DNA of 64,000 nt from an uncultured Gammaproteobacteria bacterium (GTDB lineage: Bacteria; Patescibacteriota; Microgenomatia; PFEM01; JAPLYW01): positions 374,284 through 438,283 of the forward strand of contig OZ246397.1 of the NCBI GenBank assembly GCA_965230945.1. The letters run 5' to 3'. Position 1 is the first letter of the stretch, and every line of letters starts with the position of its first letter. The notes beneath the pieces are model-generated. The model had not been told where the DNA came from. It ran no database searches and saw only the letters and a list, made by a program, of their open reading frames with translations. Positions 44,345 to 54,544 of the stretch are shown here, piece by piece. Made by a program: the position numbers and the translations under genes.

Positions 44345-44963
44345 AACTTTTTTGATTTTTGATTTTGATGGTACTCTTGCTCAGACTCTAGATATGGTTG
44401 TTGAGATTTTAAGGCCGATGGCCAAAGAATTTGGTTTAAAGGAGGTTAGTGATAAAGATATCAAGGCGTTTAGGGAAAAAGGGATAAAGCAGATTATTAA
44501 AGAATTTAAGATTCCTTTAATTAAAGTTCCTATCATTATCAAGAGAGTAAAAGATAAACTAAACAAAGAGACTGAGAACCTGAGTACTTTTGATGGTATA
44601 AAAGAAACCTTAAATGAGCTTAAAAAAAAGAATTATGGTTTGGGGATACTTACTTCTAATTCTGAAGACAATGTAAAAATGTTTCTTAAGAAAAATGATC
44701 TTGACCTTTTTGACTTTATTTATTCTGATAGCAGTCTTTTTGGTAAAGACAAGGTTTTAAAAAAACTTTTTAAAAATCGTAACTTAAAAACAAATCAGGT
44801 GGTTTATTTTGGTGATGAGGTTAGAGATATTCAGGCAGCTTTTAAGTTAAAAATAAAAATGGTTGCCGTTAGTTGGGGCTTTAATACTAAGCGTCTTTTA
44901 ACCAGCTATAAACCTACTTATTTAGTTGAGAATCCTTCTCAAATTCTCCGTCTTTTTAGTTAG
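44337..44963 (+). CDS. HAD-superfamily hydrolase
   Basis: FDFDGTL, ILTSN, GDEVRDIQAA, VSWGF. Confidence 0.92.
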   Translation: MSKTFLIFDFDGTLAQTLDMVVEILRPMAKEFGLKEVSDKDIKAFREKGIKQIIKEFKIPLIKVPIIIKRVKDKLNKETENLSTFDGIKETLNELKKKNYGLGILTSNSEDNVKMFLKKNDLDLFDFIYSDSSLFGKDKVLKKLFKNRNLKTNQVVYFGDEVRDIQAAFKLKIKMVAVSWGFNTKRLLTSYKPTYLVENPSQILRLFS

Positions 44964-45006
44964 GTTTAAATTTGTTATCATTTATTATTAAGTTTTAAGA
45001 AGAGAA

Positions 45007-45480
45007 ATGATTTTTTCTAAAGAATTAATGACTTTTTTAGGTTCGATGGTTCCCATTGGGGAATTAAGAACTTCAATTCCCCTAGCTTTAAAGGCGGGAT
45101 TGTCTCCGCTACAAGCTTTCTCCTGGTCGGTTTTGGGCAATGTCGTTATTGGTTTTATACTTTTAATGATCCTTAATCCTTTATCAAGATTTTTAGAGAG
45201 ACATTTTTATTTACTTAATCGTTTTTTTAGTTGGCTTTTTGAACGCACCAGGAAAAGACATAGTCAAAAGATTGAAAATTGGGGAGCAGTAGCTTTGGTT
45301 GGTTTTGTCGGTATTCCATTGCCGATGACGGGTGTTTGGACGGGTTCTTTGGCAGCCTTTGTCTTTGGTATCCCCTTTAAAAAAGCCTTTCCTGCCATTA
45401 TTTTAGGAGCTTTAATTGCAGGAATAATCGTTGTCTTAGTTAGCTTGGGGGCGGTTAGTCTCAAACAAGCCTTATTTTAA
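45007..45480 (+). CDS. Putative small multi-drug export family membrane protein (COG2426)
   Basis: PIGELRTSIP, FVGIPLPMTGVWTG. Confidence 0.85.
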   Translation: MIFSKELMTFLGSMVPIGELRTSIPLALKAGLSPLQAFSWSVLGNVVIGFILLMILNPLSRFLERHFYLLNRFFSWLFERTRKRHSQKIENWGAVALVGFVGIPLPMTGVWTGSLAAFVFGIPFKKAFPAIILGALIAGIIVVLVSLGAVSLKQALF

Positions 45481-45484
45481 AACC

Positions 45485-46330
45485 ATGAAAGCGAAGAAGA
45501 TAAGAATAAAAGCTGGTTTAAGTTTAAATGTTTTTGATTCTTCCTGGGGAAAAGATTATGAAAAAGAAACGACAATTATCTTTATCCATGGAGGAACAGG
45601 TTCCCTTTTAAATTGGAAATATCAACTTGCTTATTTTGCCAGAAAATATCGAACCATTGCTTATGATTGGCGTGGTTGTGGGAGTTCTGACAACGCGGCC
45701 AGTTATACTTTTGATGATCATTACCATGATTTTTTAGAACTGATAAAGATTCTTAAGGTTTCTCCTAAACCTATTTTAATAGCTCACTCTTATGGCTGTT
45801 TAATAGCCAGAAAATATATTAATGAGTGTGAAATTGAAAAGTTTGTCAATGTCAGTTTAGGGGTACATAGTGGTATAGGATTGTTTCTAAGACTTCTTTT
45901 AAGCTTGCCGAGGTTTATTAAAAGACCATTTTATCGTTATTTTCTTACTCCTAAAAATCCGGTTTTTGCCAAGTATTTTATTGCTTCTAAAAAAACCCCC
46001 CTGCATAAAGTGAAAGAGTCTTTAGCAGATAATAGGCTACCTTCACTGGAATTTTTTATTGGTCTTAAAACCTTTAGAAAGAAAGAATCATTAGAATGGA
46101 TGAAAAACTGTCAAGATAGACTTTTAGTTATCGGCGGTAGGGAAGACAAAAGAGTCAAACCTCGGCGGGTAAGAAAAATTAAACATTTTTTTCCTGAGGC
46201 AAAGATAGAAATTATCCAAGATGCCGGTCATATACTTCCTTTTGAGGTTCCTAAAGACTTTAACAATTTGGTAGAGAATTTTATTGAATTGGACCAAGAG
46301 GTGCTAAATAAAATAAATGAGAATAGTTAG
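45485..46330 (+). CDS. Alpha/beta hydrolase
   Basis: FIHGG, DWRGCGSS, nucleophile elbow AHSYG, DAGH. Confidence 0.9.
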   Translation: MKAKKIRIKAGLSLNVFDSSWGKDYEKETTIIFIHGGTGSLLNWKYQLAYFARKYRTIAYDWRGCGSSDNAASYTFDDHYHDFLELIKILKVSPKPILIAHSYGCLIARKYINECEIEKFVNVSLGVHSGIGLFLRLLLSLPRFIKRPFYRYFLTPKNPVFAKYFIASKKTPLHKVKESLADNRLPSLEFFIGLKTFRKKESLEWMKNCQDRLLVIGGREDKRVKPRRVRKIKHFFPEAKIEIIQDAGHILPFEVPKDFNNLVENFIELDQEVLNKINENS

Positions 46331-46693
46331 ATGAAAAAACTTTGGTTTTGGTTGCCAAGAATTCTAGCAATCCTGTTTATAATTTTTATTAGTCTTTTTG
46401 CTCTAGATGTTTTTACTGAAGGCTATTCTTTTTGGCAAACGATTGGCGCTTTTCTTATTCATTTAATGCCTAGTTTTATTTTGATTATATTAACTTTAAT
46501 TTCCTGGCGACGTCCAATAACAGGAGGTTTGTTGTTTCTTATTCTTGCCATTGTTTGTCTTTCTATGATAATAAGAAAATCTTTAGGTTATTTAATTTTA
46601 TCAGGCCCTTCATTCTTGATTGCTATCCTTTTCTTACTACAAAATAAATTAAGTAAAAATAAAGAAAAAAAGGTTAATTTTAGTACTCAATAG
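46331..46693 (+). CDS. Four-TM hypothetical membrane protein
   Basis: WLPRILAILFIIFISLFALDVF N-terminus. Confidence 0.7.
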   Translation: MKKLWFWLPRILAILFIIFISLFALDVFTEGYSFWQTIGAFLIHLMPSFILIILTLISWRRPITGGLLFLILAIVCLSMIIRKSLGYLILSGPSFLIAILFLLQNKLSKNKEKKVNFSTQ

Positions 46694-46707
46694 TTTAATT
46701 TATTTCC

Positions 46708-47415
46708 TTAGTGACGCCTTAAGCTTCTTTTCCAAAGTAGACCCCTAAAGATTAGTCTAAAAAATTTTACCGTATCAGTAAAAGGATTGATTTGACTCTG
46801 ATTTTGTTGATGATAGATGGTTTTGATAGGAATATTTTTGATTTTATAATTTGAGAGACCTGCTTTCAGGACCATTTCCGGCTCGGTATCGAAGTGATTG
46901 GTTCCCAGCTTGATGTTTTCCATTGCCTTTTTGCTTAAATAGCGAAAGCCAGACTGAACATCTTCAACCCTTTTGCCTATAATTTTGGAAATTACCCAAG
47001 AAGTAGAAAGGTTGGTGGCTAATCTTGTCCAGGGCATGTCTTTGCTGTTTTGAAAACGACTCCCAATGACAAGATCAAAATCATCTTTTTCAATTTCTTT
47101 TAGAAAGTAATTTATTTCTTTAACTTCGTGTTGGTCATCACCATCAAGAGTGATGATGCCTTGGTAGTTGTGCTTTAAGGCATAGTTAAAGCCGTTTTGT
47201 AATGATTTACCCTTACCTTGATTTCTTTTATGGGAAAGAAGAATGATTTTATTTTGTTTGCCTTTAATGGATTTGATTTTTTCAAGGGTTTTGTCGGTTG
47301 AGCCGTCATTAACAATGATGATGTCTAATTTAAAAGGAAGGCATTTTTTAATGACTTTAGCGATATGCTTTTCCTCGTTGTAAGCGGGGATGAGAATGGC
47401 AATTTTTTTTCTCAT
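46708..47415 (-). CDS. Glycosyltransferase family 2 (DPM1-like)
   Basis: IPAYNEE, VNDGSTD, NQGKG, LDGDDQH, DVQSGFR. Confidence 0.92.
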   Translation of the reverse strand: MRKKIAILIPAYNEEKHIAKVIKKCLPFKLDIIIVNDGSTDKTLEKIKSIKGKQNKIILLSHKRNQGKGKSLQNGFNYALKHNYQGIITLDGDDQHEVKEINYFLKEIEKDDFDLVIGSRFQNSKDMPWTRLATNLSTSWVISKIIGKRVEDVQSGFRYLSKKAMENIKLGTNHFDTEPEMVLKAGLSNYKIKNIPIKTIYHQQNQSQINPFTDTVKFFRLIFRGLLWKRSLRRH

Positions 47416-47508
47416 TCTTTGTTTCTCATAGAATAATAGATTTTAGTAAGTTTATCAAACCCCGTTTTCTAGAACTTCCAAAATTTATTCGCGGGAAGTG
47501 CCAACAAC

Positions 47509-47557
47509 TTGACAAAAGAAAGAGCAAATAATATACTACTACCTAAAAGGTGATAGT
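47509..47557 (+). promoter_or_regulatory. Sigma70 promoter and candidate Rrf2 operator
   Basis: TTGACA-17 nt-TATACT; overlapping inverted repeat ACTA-CT-ACCT-AAA-AGGT-GA-TAGT (47535-47557). Confidence 0.7.
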
Positions 47558-47565
47558 TTATTAAA

Positions 47566-47952
47566 ATGCTTGGTTTAACTAAAAATGTTGATTATGGTTT
47601 AGAATTGATGATTAGTCTGGCTAAAAACTTTAAGAAAGGACCAGTTTCTCTACGGCAAGTAGCTAAAGAGAAAAAAATCCCTTATAAGTTTTTAGGTCAA
47701 CTAGCCTCAACTTTGAAACAGGCTGGTTTGGTTGAAGCCAAAGAAGGTAAGGGCGGCGGCTATTTTTTAATTGACCCACCTAAGAAAATCGCTATTGCCG
47801 AAATCGTTGAGGTTTTAGGAGGACCGGTTGAAGTTGGTTTTTGTGGCAATTGCCCTCGTTCAAGTGTCTGTGGACAAAAAGATATTTGGGCCGAAGTTGG
47901 CGATAAGGTGAGAGATACCATCGAAGAAAAAACTCTAGAGGATTTGCTATGA
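47566..47952 (+). CDS. Rrf2-family (IscR-like) transcriptional regulator
   Basis: DYGL, GKGGGYFL, three cysteines CGNC..C; heads iscS-iscU. Confidence 0.9.
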   Translation: MLGLTKNVDYGLELMISLAKNFKKGPVSLRQVAKEKKIPYKFLGQLASTLKQAGLVEAKEGKGGGYFLIDPPKKIAIAEIVEVLGGPVEVGFCGNCPRSSVCGQKDIWAEVGDKVRDTIEEKTLEDLL

Positions 47953-49142
47953 AGAAAATCTATTTTGATTATGCGGCTACTACCCCTGTTGATAAAGAAG
48001 TTTTAAAGGCAATGTTGCCTTTTTTTAGCAAAACCTATGGTAATCCTTCAGAGGTTCATTTTTTAGGACAAGAAGCCAAAAGAAATATTGATCAGTCAAG
48101 AAAAATTATTGCTGACTTTTTAAAAGCTGAACCTGAAGAGGTGATTTTTACTTCAGGGGCAACAGAATCAATCAATCTTGCTCATAAAGGGTTGGTTGAG
48201 GCTTTATCTTGCCAGGGAAAACCTCACCTTATTGTTTCTGCCGTGGAGCATAAGGCCGTTCTGGCTACCTGTCAGCATTTGGAAAAACTGGGGTTGGCGA
48301 CAATAACTTACTTGCCAGTTGATAAGTTTGGCATGATAGATCTAAGGGAACTGGAAAAAGAAATAAGATCAGAGACGGTTTTGGTAAGTGTGATGTATGT
48401 CAATAATGAAGTGGGTACGATCCAGCCCATTAAAGAAATTGGCAGACTTTTAAAAAGAATTAATCAAAAAAGAAAGAAGAAAGTTTTCTTTCATACTGAT
48501 GCTACTCAAGCAATTTCTTATTTAGATTGCCAAGTTGATCAACTAGGAGTTGATTTACTTTCTTTTACTGGTCATAAGATTTATGCACCTAAGGGGGTTG
48601 GGGTTTTATATGTAAGAAAGGGAACTAGACTAGCCAGGCAGCAGGATGGGGGAGGACAGGAGTTTAATCTACGATCTGGCACAGAAAATGTTCCTTATAT
48701 TGTTGCCTTGGGCAAGGCCGTGGCATTATTGTCTACACAAAAGTTTAAGCTAAAAACTCAAAAGTTGAAAAAATTAACACAAAAGTTAATTGTCGGAGTT
48801 TTACAAATTCCAGGGATAAAACTTACTGGCCATCCCACTTTAAGAGTTCCTCATATTGCCTCTTTTGTTATTAAAAACAGCGAGAGTGAATCAATGCTTC
48901 TTCTGTTGTCTGATAAAGGTATTGCCGCTGCAGCCGTTTCAGCCTGTAATTCAGCTTCCTTACAGCCCTCTCATGTTTTAAAAGCAATGAGAATTCCGGA
49001 AGATCTTTTGAATAATTCCTTGAGATTTTCTTTAGGTAAAGATAGTCAAGAAGAAGAAGTTGATGAGGTTTTAAAATCCTTAAAAGAAGTTATTAATTAT
49101 TTAAGAGAACTGGCCCCCAAGCTAGATGAAAAAGATAATTAG
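47949..49142 (+). CDS. iscS: Cysteine desulfurase
   Basis: YFDYAATTP, GNPS, HTDATQ, GHKIYAPKG, RSGTEN, catalytic SAC. Confidence 0.93.
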   Translation: MKKIYFDYAATTPVDKEVLKAMLPFFSKTYGNPSEVHFLGQEAKRNIDQSRKIIADFLKAEPEEVIFTSGATESINLAHKGLVEALSCQGKPHLIVSAVEHKAVLATCQHLEKLGLATITYLPVDKFGMIDLRELEKEIRSETVLVSVMYVNNEVGTIQPIKEIGRLLKRINQKRKKKVFFHTDATQAISYLDCQVDQLGVDLLSFTGHKIYAPKGVGVLYVRKGTRLARQQDGGGQEFNLRSGTENVPYIVALGKAVALLSTQKFKLKTQKLKKLTQKLIVGVLQIPGIKLTGHPTLRVPHIASFVIKNSESESMLLLLSDKGIAAAAVSACNSASLQPSHVLKAMRIPEDLLNNSLRFSLGKDSQEEEVDEVLKSLKEVINYLRELAPKLDEKDN

Positions 49143-49532
49143 ATGGATAGTCTTTATTCAAAAAAAGTAATTGATCATTTTCGTCATCCTCGTAATATGG
49201 GTGAAATGAAGAATGCCGACGGAATAGGCACCTCAGGCAGTCCTGTTTGCGGTGATGTTTTGCGTTTGTTTATTAAAATAGAGAAGAAAAATAATCAAGA
49301 ATATATTAAAGAAGCCAAGTTTCAAACTCTTGGTTGTGGAGCCGCCATTGCTACTTCAAGCATGCTGACGACAATGATTAATGGTAAAAAATTAACTGAG
49401 ATTAAAAAAGTTAGCAACAAAACTATTACCGAAGCTTTGGGTGGTTTGCCTCCAAATAAGCTCCATTGTGCTGTTTTGGCCTTTCAAGCTTTAGAAAAGG
49501 CGATTGAGAATTATCAGCAAAAAAAGAATTGA
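49143..49532 (+). CDS. iscU: Fe-S cluster scaffold IscU/NifU N-terminal domain
   Basis: HFRHPRNMG, PVCGD, FQTLGCGAAIA, KLHCA. Confidence 0.93.
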   Translation: MDSLYSKKVIDHFRHPRNMGEMKNADGIGTSGSPVCGDVLRLFIKIEKKNNQEYIKEAKFQTLGCGAAIATSSMLTTMINGKKLTEIKKVSNKTITEALGGLPPNKLHCAVLAFQALEKAIENYQQKKN

Positions 49533-49591
49533 TCTTCTTGTTTGTCTTCTTGAATATTTGTTAATATAGATGGAGAAGGGTGGTGAATCTT

Positions 49592-49774
49592 ATGAAGATC
49601 AAAAAGGAAAGATGGCAAAAAATTTCTCAGTTTTTAATGAGCCTGTCCTTTTTGGCTGTTTTTGCGGCAGCTTGGGGTTTTCTCTTTTCTGATATTTGGC
49701 TGGCCTCGACCCAGTGGCTTTTAATGGCTGCTGTTTTAGCCGCTTTCAGTTTATATATTAAGATGGAAGGTTAG
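49592..49774 (+). CDS. Small two-TM hypothetical protein
   Basis: Hydrophobic ORF with SD-like GGTGGTG, immediately upstream of tpiA. Confidence 0.6.
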   Translation: MKIKKERWQKISQFLMSLSFLAVFAAAWGFLFSDIWLASTQWLLMAAVLAAFSLYIKMEG

Positions 49775-49775
49775 G

Positions 49776-50426
49776 ATGATTTTTGTTAACTTTAAAACCT
49801 ACCAGCAGGGAACTGGTAAGGCCGCTTTAACTTTGGTTCAAAAATGTGCTCAAGTAGAGAAAGAAACAGGTATTAAGATAGTTCCCATCGTTCAAACAGC
49901 AGATTTGCGCTTAGTTAGTAAGTTTGCGGTTTTTACACAACATCTAGATGATGTTGGTTTTGGGCCTTATACCGGTAAAATCCTTCCTCAAGGAGTTATT
50001 GAAGCTGGGGCTAAAGGTACTTTGCTAAACCATTCAGAAAACAAGATTCCAGTAGAAGTTATCGGTTCAACCATCCAGGAGTTGAGAAGCATTAAAAAGG
50101 ACTTTAAGATTTTGGTTTGTTCAGAGAGCTTAGAAGAAGCTCAAGAAATTATTCAGTTTAAGCCAGATTTTATTGCCTATGAACCACCCGAATTAATTGG
50201 TGGGGAAGTTTCCGTATCTAGTGCGCAGCCTGAGATAATCAGTGGCTTTACTAAAGTTATTAAGGAAATTCCTGTTTTAGTAGGAGCTGGTGTTAGAAAC
50301 AAAGAAGATGTTAAAAAAGCCCTCCAGTTTAAAGCAGCCGGTGTTTTGGTTTCCTCAGGAGTAGTTTTGGCTGAGGATGCCAAAGGGCAATTACTGAAGT
50401 TAGCTTTAGGTTTTAAAAATGAATAA
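49776..50426 (+). CDS. tpiA: Triosephosphate isomerase, short archaeal-type
   Basis: VNFKTY, LLNHSE, AYEPPELIGG, GAGV; 216 aa. Confidence 0.92.
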   Translation: MIFVNFKTYQQGTGKAALTLVQKCAQVEKETGIKIVPIVQTADLRLVSKFAVFTQHLDDVGFGPYTGKILPQGVIEAGAKGTLLNHSENKIPVEVIGSTIQELRSIKKDFKILVCSESLEEAQEIIQFKPDFIAYEPPELIGGEVSVSSAQPEIISGFTKVIKEIPVLVGAGVRNKEDVKKALQFKAAGVLVSSGVVLAEDAKGQLLKLALGFKNE

Positions 50427-50982
50427 GAAAAAAGCAAGATATAAAATTTGTATTTCTGGCGGATCTGAGGGTAAAAATGCGGAGAAAGCTTTTCCTTTGG
50501 CTAGAAAGCTGGCCGGGGAGATTGCCAAAAGGGGTCATGTTTTAATTACCGGGGCCACTAATGGTGTTCCCTTTGAAGCGGCTAAAGCGACTAGAAAAGA
50601 AGGCGGTTCTAATATCGGTTTTTCTCCAGCTGGTAGCGAAGTGGAACATCAAAGAAAGTTTCATTTACCACTTGATCCTAAAATTTTTGATCATATCATT
50701 TATACAGAATCTGGTTATACCGGCAGAAATCTTTTAATGGTTCGCAGTTCTGATGCCACCATTATTATCGATGGTCGTATAGGCACGCTAAATGAGTTTA
50801 CGGTAGCCTTTGAGGAAAATGAAATTATTGGTGTTTTAGAGGGATCAGGTGGTATTGCTGATGAGATAAAACATCTTTTAAATGTGGCTAAAAAAGGTTA
50901 TGGCAAGGTTATTTTTTCATCTGATCCGCAAGATTTGGTAGTAAAGGTTATAGAAAAAATCAAAGAAGTAAAAAAGAAGTAG
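50419..50982 (+). CDS. LOG/SLOG-family nucleotide-binding protein
   Basis: ITGATNG, GRN, DGRIGTLNEF, GSGG. Confidence 0.8.
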   Translation: MNKKKARYKICISGGSEGKNAEKAFPLARKLAGEIAKRGHVLITGATNGVPFEAAKATRKEGGSNIGFSPAGSEVEHQRKFHLPLDPKIFDHIIYTESGYTGRNLLMVRSSDATIIIDGRIGTLNEFTVAFEENEIIGVLEGSGGIADEIKHLLNVAKKGYGKVIFSSDPQDLVVKVIEKIKEVKKK

Positions 50983-50988
50983 AAAAAA

Positions 50989-52017
50989 ATGAAACTGCCC
51001 CAAATACAAGATCTTAAGGTTGAAGGTAAAAAAGTTCTTTTAAGAACCAATTATGATGTTCCTTTAAAAGAGAAGGGAACAAAAATAACTACTACTACCA
51101 GAATTGATGAGTCGCTACCGACCATAGAATACCTCTTAAAACGACAAGCAGAAATTATTATTATTTCCCATTTAGGCCGACCTAAGGGAAAGGTTGTTCC
51201 TCGTTTAAGCTTAAAACCGGTCAGTGAGTATTTAGGGGAACTTCTCGAACAAGAAATTCCTTTGGTTAAGGAAATTGATAAGCTTTCTGAACAAAACGAA
51301 TCAGTCGTCATTTTAGAGAATCTTCGTTTTTGGCCTGAAGAAATAGAAAATAATCGCCAATTTGCCCTTAAGTTAGCCGATGAGGCAAGCTTTTTTATTA
51401 ATGATGCTTTTGCCTGCGCTCATCGTTTTCATGCTTCAGTGGTTAGCTTGCCAGAGATTCTTCCTAGCGCCCTTGGTCTTGATTTTTTAAAGGAGATAGA
51501 GGTTTTATCTCAAGTAAAAACCAAACCTCAGCGTCCTTTGGTGGTAATTTTAGGCGGCAGTAAAGGAGGTAAATTAGAGAGAATAGAAAGATTAGCTAAC
51601 TGGGCGGATTATGTTTTAGTAGGTGGCAAGTTGGTGGGGTTTTTACCAGATGTTTTGCCAAAAAAGGTGATAAGGGCTACCTTGAATGAGGAAAGCAAAG
51701 ACATTACACTAGAGTCAATAAAGAAGTTTAAAGAAATTATTGGGGAGAGTAAGACTGTTGTTTGGACTGGGCCTATGGGGGTTTTTGAGGAAAAAGGGTT
51801 TGCCATGGGAACAGAAATGATAGCTAAGGCAGTAGTTGAAAGCAAAGCTTTTAGTGTTGTTGGCGGTGGTGATACGGAGGCTGCTTTGAATAAGATTGGT
51901 TTAGAAAAAAGCATTAATTTTGTCTCTTCCGGTGGGGGGGCAATGCTTGAATTTTTATCAACCGATAGTCTACCGGGGATTGAGGCAATAAAGAAAGATG
52001 CTGAAAATTGGCATTAA
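50989..52017 (+). CDS. pgk: Phosphoglycerate kinase
   Basis: SHLGRP, LENLRF, NDAF..HR, GGGDT, SSGGGAMLE. Confidence 0.95.
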   Translation: MKLPQIQDLKVEGKKVLLRTNYDVPLKEKGTKITTTTRIDESLPTIEYLLKRQAEIIIISHLGRPKGKVVPRLSLKPVSEYLGELLEQEIPLVKEIDKLSEQNESVVILENLRFWPEEIENNRQFALKLADEASFFINDAFACAHRFHASVVSLPEILPSALGLDFLKEIEVLSQVKTKPQRPLVVILGGSKGGKLERIERLANWADYVLVGGKLVGFLPDVLPKKVIRATLNEESKDITLESIKKFKEIIGESKTVVWTGPMGVFEEKGFAMGTEMIAKAVVESKAFSVVGGGDTEAALNKIGLEKSINFVSSGGGAMLEFLSTDSLPGIEAIKKDAENWH

Positions 52018-53017
52018 TGGTTTTGGCCGTATTGGCAGGATTATTTTAAGGACAGTCTTAACTAAGTATCTTAGTAAAGTTAAAGTAGCTGCTATTAATA
52101 CCTCTGGCTCAATGGATATTGAAGGCTGGGCTCATCTCTTTAGCTTTGACAGTGTTTATGGGAGATTTAAAGGCAAGGTGGAAATAGAGAAAGGGAAAGG
52201 TGAAGAAATTGGGGTTTTGGCGGTTAATAATCAGAAGATTCCAGTTTTAGCTCAGAGAGATCCAGCTTTAATTCCTTGGCATGATTATGGAGTGGAATTG
52301 GTACTAGAAGCGACTGGTGTTTTTCGTGATCGGAAATCAGCGGCAGCTCATTTTAAAGGAGGAGCCAAGAAGATTATCGTTACTGCTCCGGCTGAAAATA
52401 CTAAAACTTTTATAATGGGGGTTAATGAAAGGGATTACAAAGGAGATTTAATTATTAACAATGCTTCTTGTACCACTAATTGCGTAGCCCCTATTGTCAA
52501 AATTATTATGGAAAATTTCGGCATTCAAAAGGGAGTAATGACGGCTGTTCATGCCTATACGGCCAATCAAAATATTGTTGATGGTTCTCATGAAGATTTG
52601 CGCCGAGCCAGAGCTGCGGCGGTAAATATTATACCTACTTCTACTGGAGCAGCTATTGCCACTACTGAGGTTTTGCTTTCTCTAAGGGGTCTTTTTGATG
52701 CCACAGCTTTCAGAGTACCAGTAGTTTGTGGCTCAATTAGTGATTTTACCTTTTTAACCAGCAAACGAACTTCCGTAAAGGAAGTAAAAGATATTTTTAT
52801 TAAAGCAGCCAGTGGTAAGTATAAAGGTATTGTTGAAGTTTCTGACAAGCCCTTGGTTTCCACAGACATTATTGGCAGTTGCGCTTCGGCTATTGTTGAT
52901 CTTTCTTTAGTTCAAGTTCTTGATGGTGATTTGGTTAAAATTATAGCTTGGTATGATAATGAATGGGGTTATTCTTGCCGGTTAATAGAGGAGGCCATAT
53001 GGATAAATCAACACTAG
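51998..53017 (+). CDS. gap: Glyceraldehyde-3-phosphate dehydrogenase (type I)
   Basis: GINGFGRIGR, NASCTTNC, WYDNEWGY. Confidence 0.97.
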   Translation: MLKIGINGFGRIGRIILRTVLTKYLSKVKVAAINTSGSMDIEGWAHLFSFDSVYGRFKGKVEIEKGKGEEIGVLAVNNQKIPVLAQRDPALIPWHDYGVELVLEATGVFRDRKSAAAHFKGGAKKIIVTAPAENTKTFIMGVNERDYKGDLIINNASCTTNCVAPIVKIIMENFGIQKGVMTAVHAYTANQNIVDGSHEDLRRARAAAVNIIPTSTGAAIATTEVLLSLRGLFDATAFRVPVVCGSISDFTFLTSKRTSVKEVKDIFIKAASGKYKGIVEVSDKPLVSTDIIGSCASAIVDLSLVQVLDGDLVKIIAWYDNEWGYSCRLIEEAIWINQH

Positions 53018-53664
53018 CAAAATATTTAGATCTTGCCAATCATCATCAAGATGCCACCTTAAGGCAGATAAAAGAACTTTGTACTTTGGTTAAGAAGCAC
53101 GGTTTTCATTCAGCCTTTGTTAACCCCTGCTATTTAAGGGAGGCCAAAGGATGGTTGCCGGATAGCGCCAGCTTGGGAACAGTTATTGCCTTTCCTTTGG
53201 GTCAAGAAACTAAAGATATTAAACTCCTTGAGGTCATAGAGGCTGTGAATAAAGGAGCCGACGAGTTAGATGTTTCTATGAACGTAGGTTATTTTAAGTC
53301 TAAAAGATACCAAGAATGCCTAGAAGAGATGAGGGTTATTGTCGAGATGGCCAAAAGTAGGAAAAGCAAAATTTTGGTTAAATTTATTATTGAAACAGGC
53401 TTTTTAACTGATAAAGAAATTAAAAGGGCATCGGCGTTAGTCTTGGAATCAGGAGCGGATTTCATTAAAACTTGTTCGGGCCTGGGTCCACGGGGAGCGA
53501 GTTTAAAAGATGTTGATTTAATCAGAGAGGCAGTTAAAGATAGAATTAAAATTAAGGTGGCTGGTGGTGTCGATACCTACCAGGAAGCAATAGGCTTTAT
53601 TGAAAGAGGAGCTGATCGCATTGGTACGTCGCAAGCGGTCAAAATTGTTAATGATTGTCGCTGA
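52999..53664 (+). CDS. deoC: Deoxyribose-phosphate aldolase
   Basis: VIAFPLG, GADELD, KFIIETG, ADFIKT, KVAGG, RIGTS; SD GAGGAGG before 52999. Confidence 0.92.
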   Translation: MDKSTLAKYLDLANHHQDATLRQIKELCTLVKKHGFHSAFVNPCYLREAKGWLPDSASLGTVIAFPLGQETKDIKLLEVIEAVNKGADELDVSMNVGYFKSKRYQECLEEMRVIVEMAKSRKSKILVKFIIETGFLTDKEIKRASALVLESGADFIKTCSGLGPRGASLKDVDLIREAVKDRIKIKVAGGVDTYQEAIGFIERGADRIGTSQAVKIVNDCR

Positions 53665-54544
53665 AGTTTTGCAAAAAGCTAAAAATGAAGGTTGGGCTTT
53701 AGGGGCCTTTAATGCTGGTAATTTGGAGATTGCCAGAGCCATTATGCAGGGAGGACAAAATCAGCAAGCGCCGTTGATTATAGAAACTTCAGTAGGTGAG
53801 ATAGATCATTTTGGCGCTGATAATTTTTTAGATGTCGTTAAAAACTTCCATCAACAAAGCCAACTGCCTTTTTTTACCAACCTTGACCATGGTCCAGGCT
53901 TGCAGGAATGCCAAAAAGCTATTGGTTTAGGTTATAATCTTATTCATTTTGACGGTTCTAATTTACCCATAGAAGAAAATATTAAAATTACTAAGGTTTT
54001 AGTTGAAGAAGCCCATGCAAAAGGAATTTTGGTAGAGGCAGAAATCGATAAAATTTTAGGCGAGTCTCAAAAACATAGTGAAATGTCAGAGTCGGTCCAA
54101 GCGAGAGGTAGTTATACTGATCCGGACAGGGCTCTTGATTTTGTTAATCAGACTGGTTGTGATCTTTTGGCTGTTTTTGTAGGCAACCTTCATGGTCTTT
54201 ATCAAGATGCTCCTAAATTAGATTTAGAACGACTAAAGTTAATTGCCCAAAAATTGCCCTGTTTTTTATCTTTACATGGTGGTTCTGGTATTTCAAAAGA
54301 GGATATCCAAAGAGCCATTAAGGTAGGGAGAATAGTGAAGGTAAATGTTAATACCGAGCTAAGATTAGCTTACAAAGAAACTTTGGAGAATGTTTTGCGC
54401 GGTTCTGATGAGATTAGTATTTACAAAATTATGCCGCCGGTGATAGCGGCTGTGCAAAAAATTGTCGAAGAGAAAATTCAACTTTTTGGCAGTGATAACA
54501 AAGCCGAAAAGGACGAATTTAGAAAATTAAGCGGTCAAATATGA
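53651..54544 (+). CDS. fba: Class II fructose-bisphosphate aldolase
   Basis: GAFN, NLDHG, VEAE, GNLHG, LHGGSG, KVNVNTE. Confidence 0.9.
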   Translation: MIVAEVLQKAKNEGWALGAFNAGNLEIARAIMQGGQNQQAPLIIETSVGEIDHFGADNFLDVVKNFHQQSQLPFFTNLDHGPGLQECQKAIGLGYNLIHFDGSNLPIEENIKITKVLVEEAHAKGILVEAEIDKILGESQKHSEMSESVQARGSYTDPDRALDFVNQTGCDLLAVFVGNLHGLYQDAPKLDLERLKLIAQKLPCFLSLHGGSGISKEDIQRAIKVGRIVKVNVNTELRLAYKETLENVLRGSDEISIYKIMPPVIAAVQKIVEEKIQLFGSDNKAEKDEFRKLSGQI

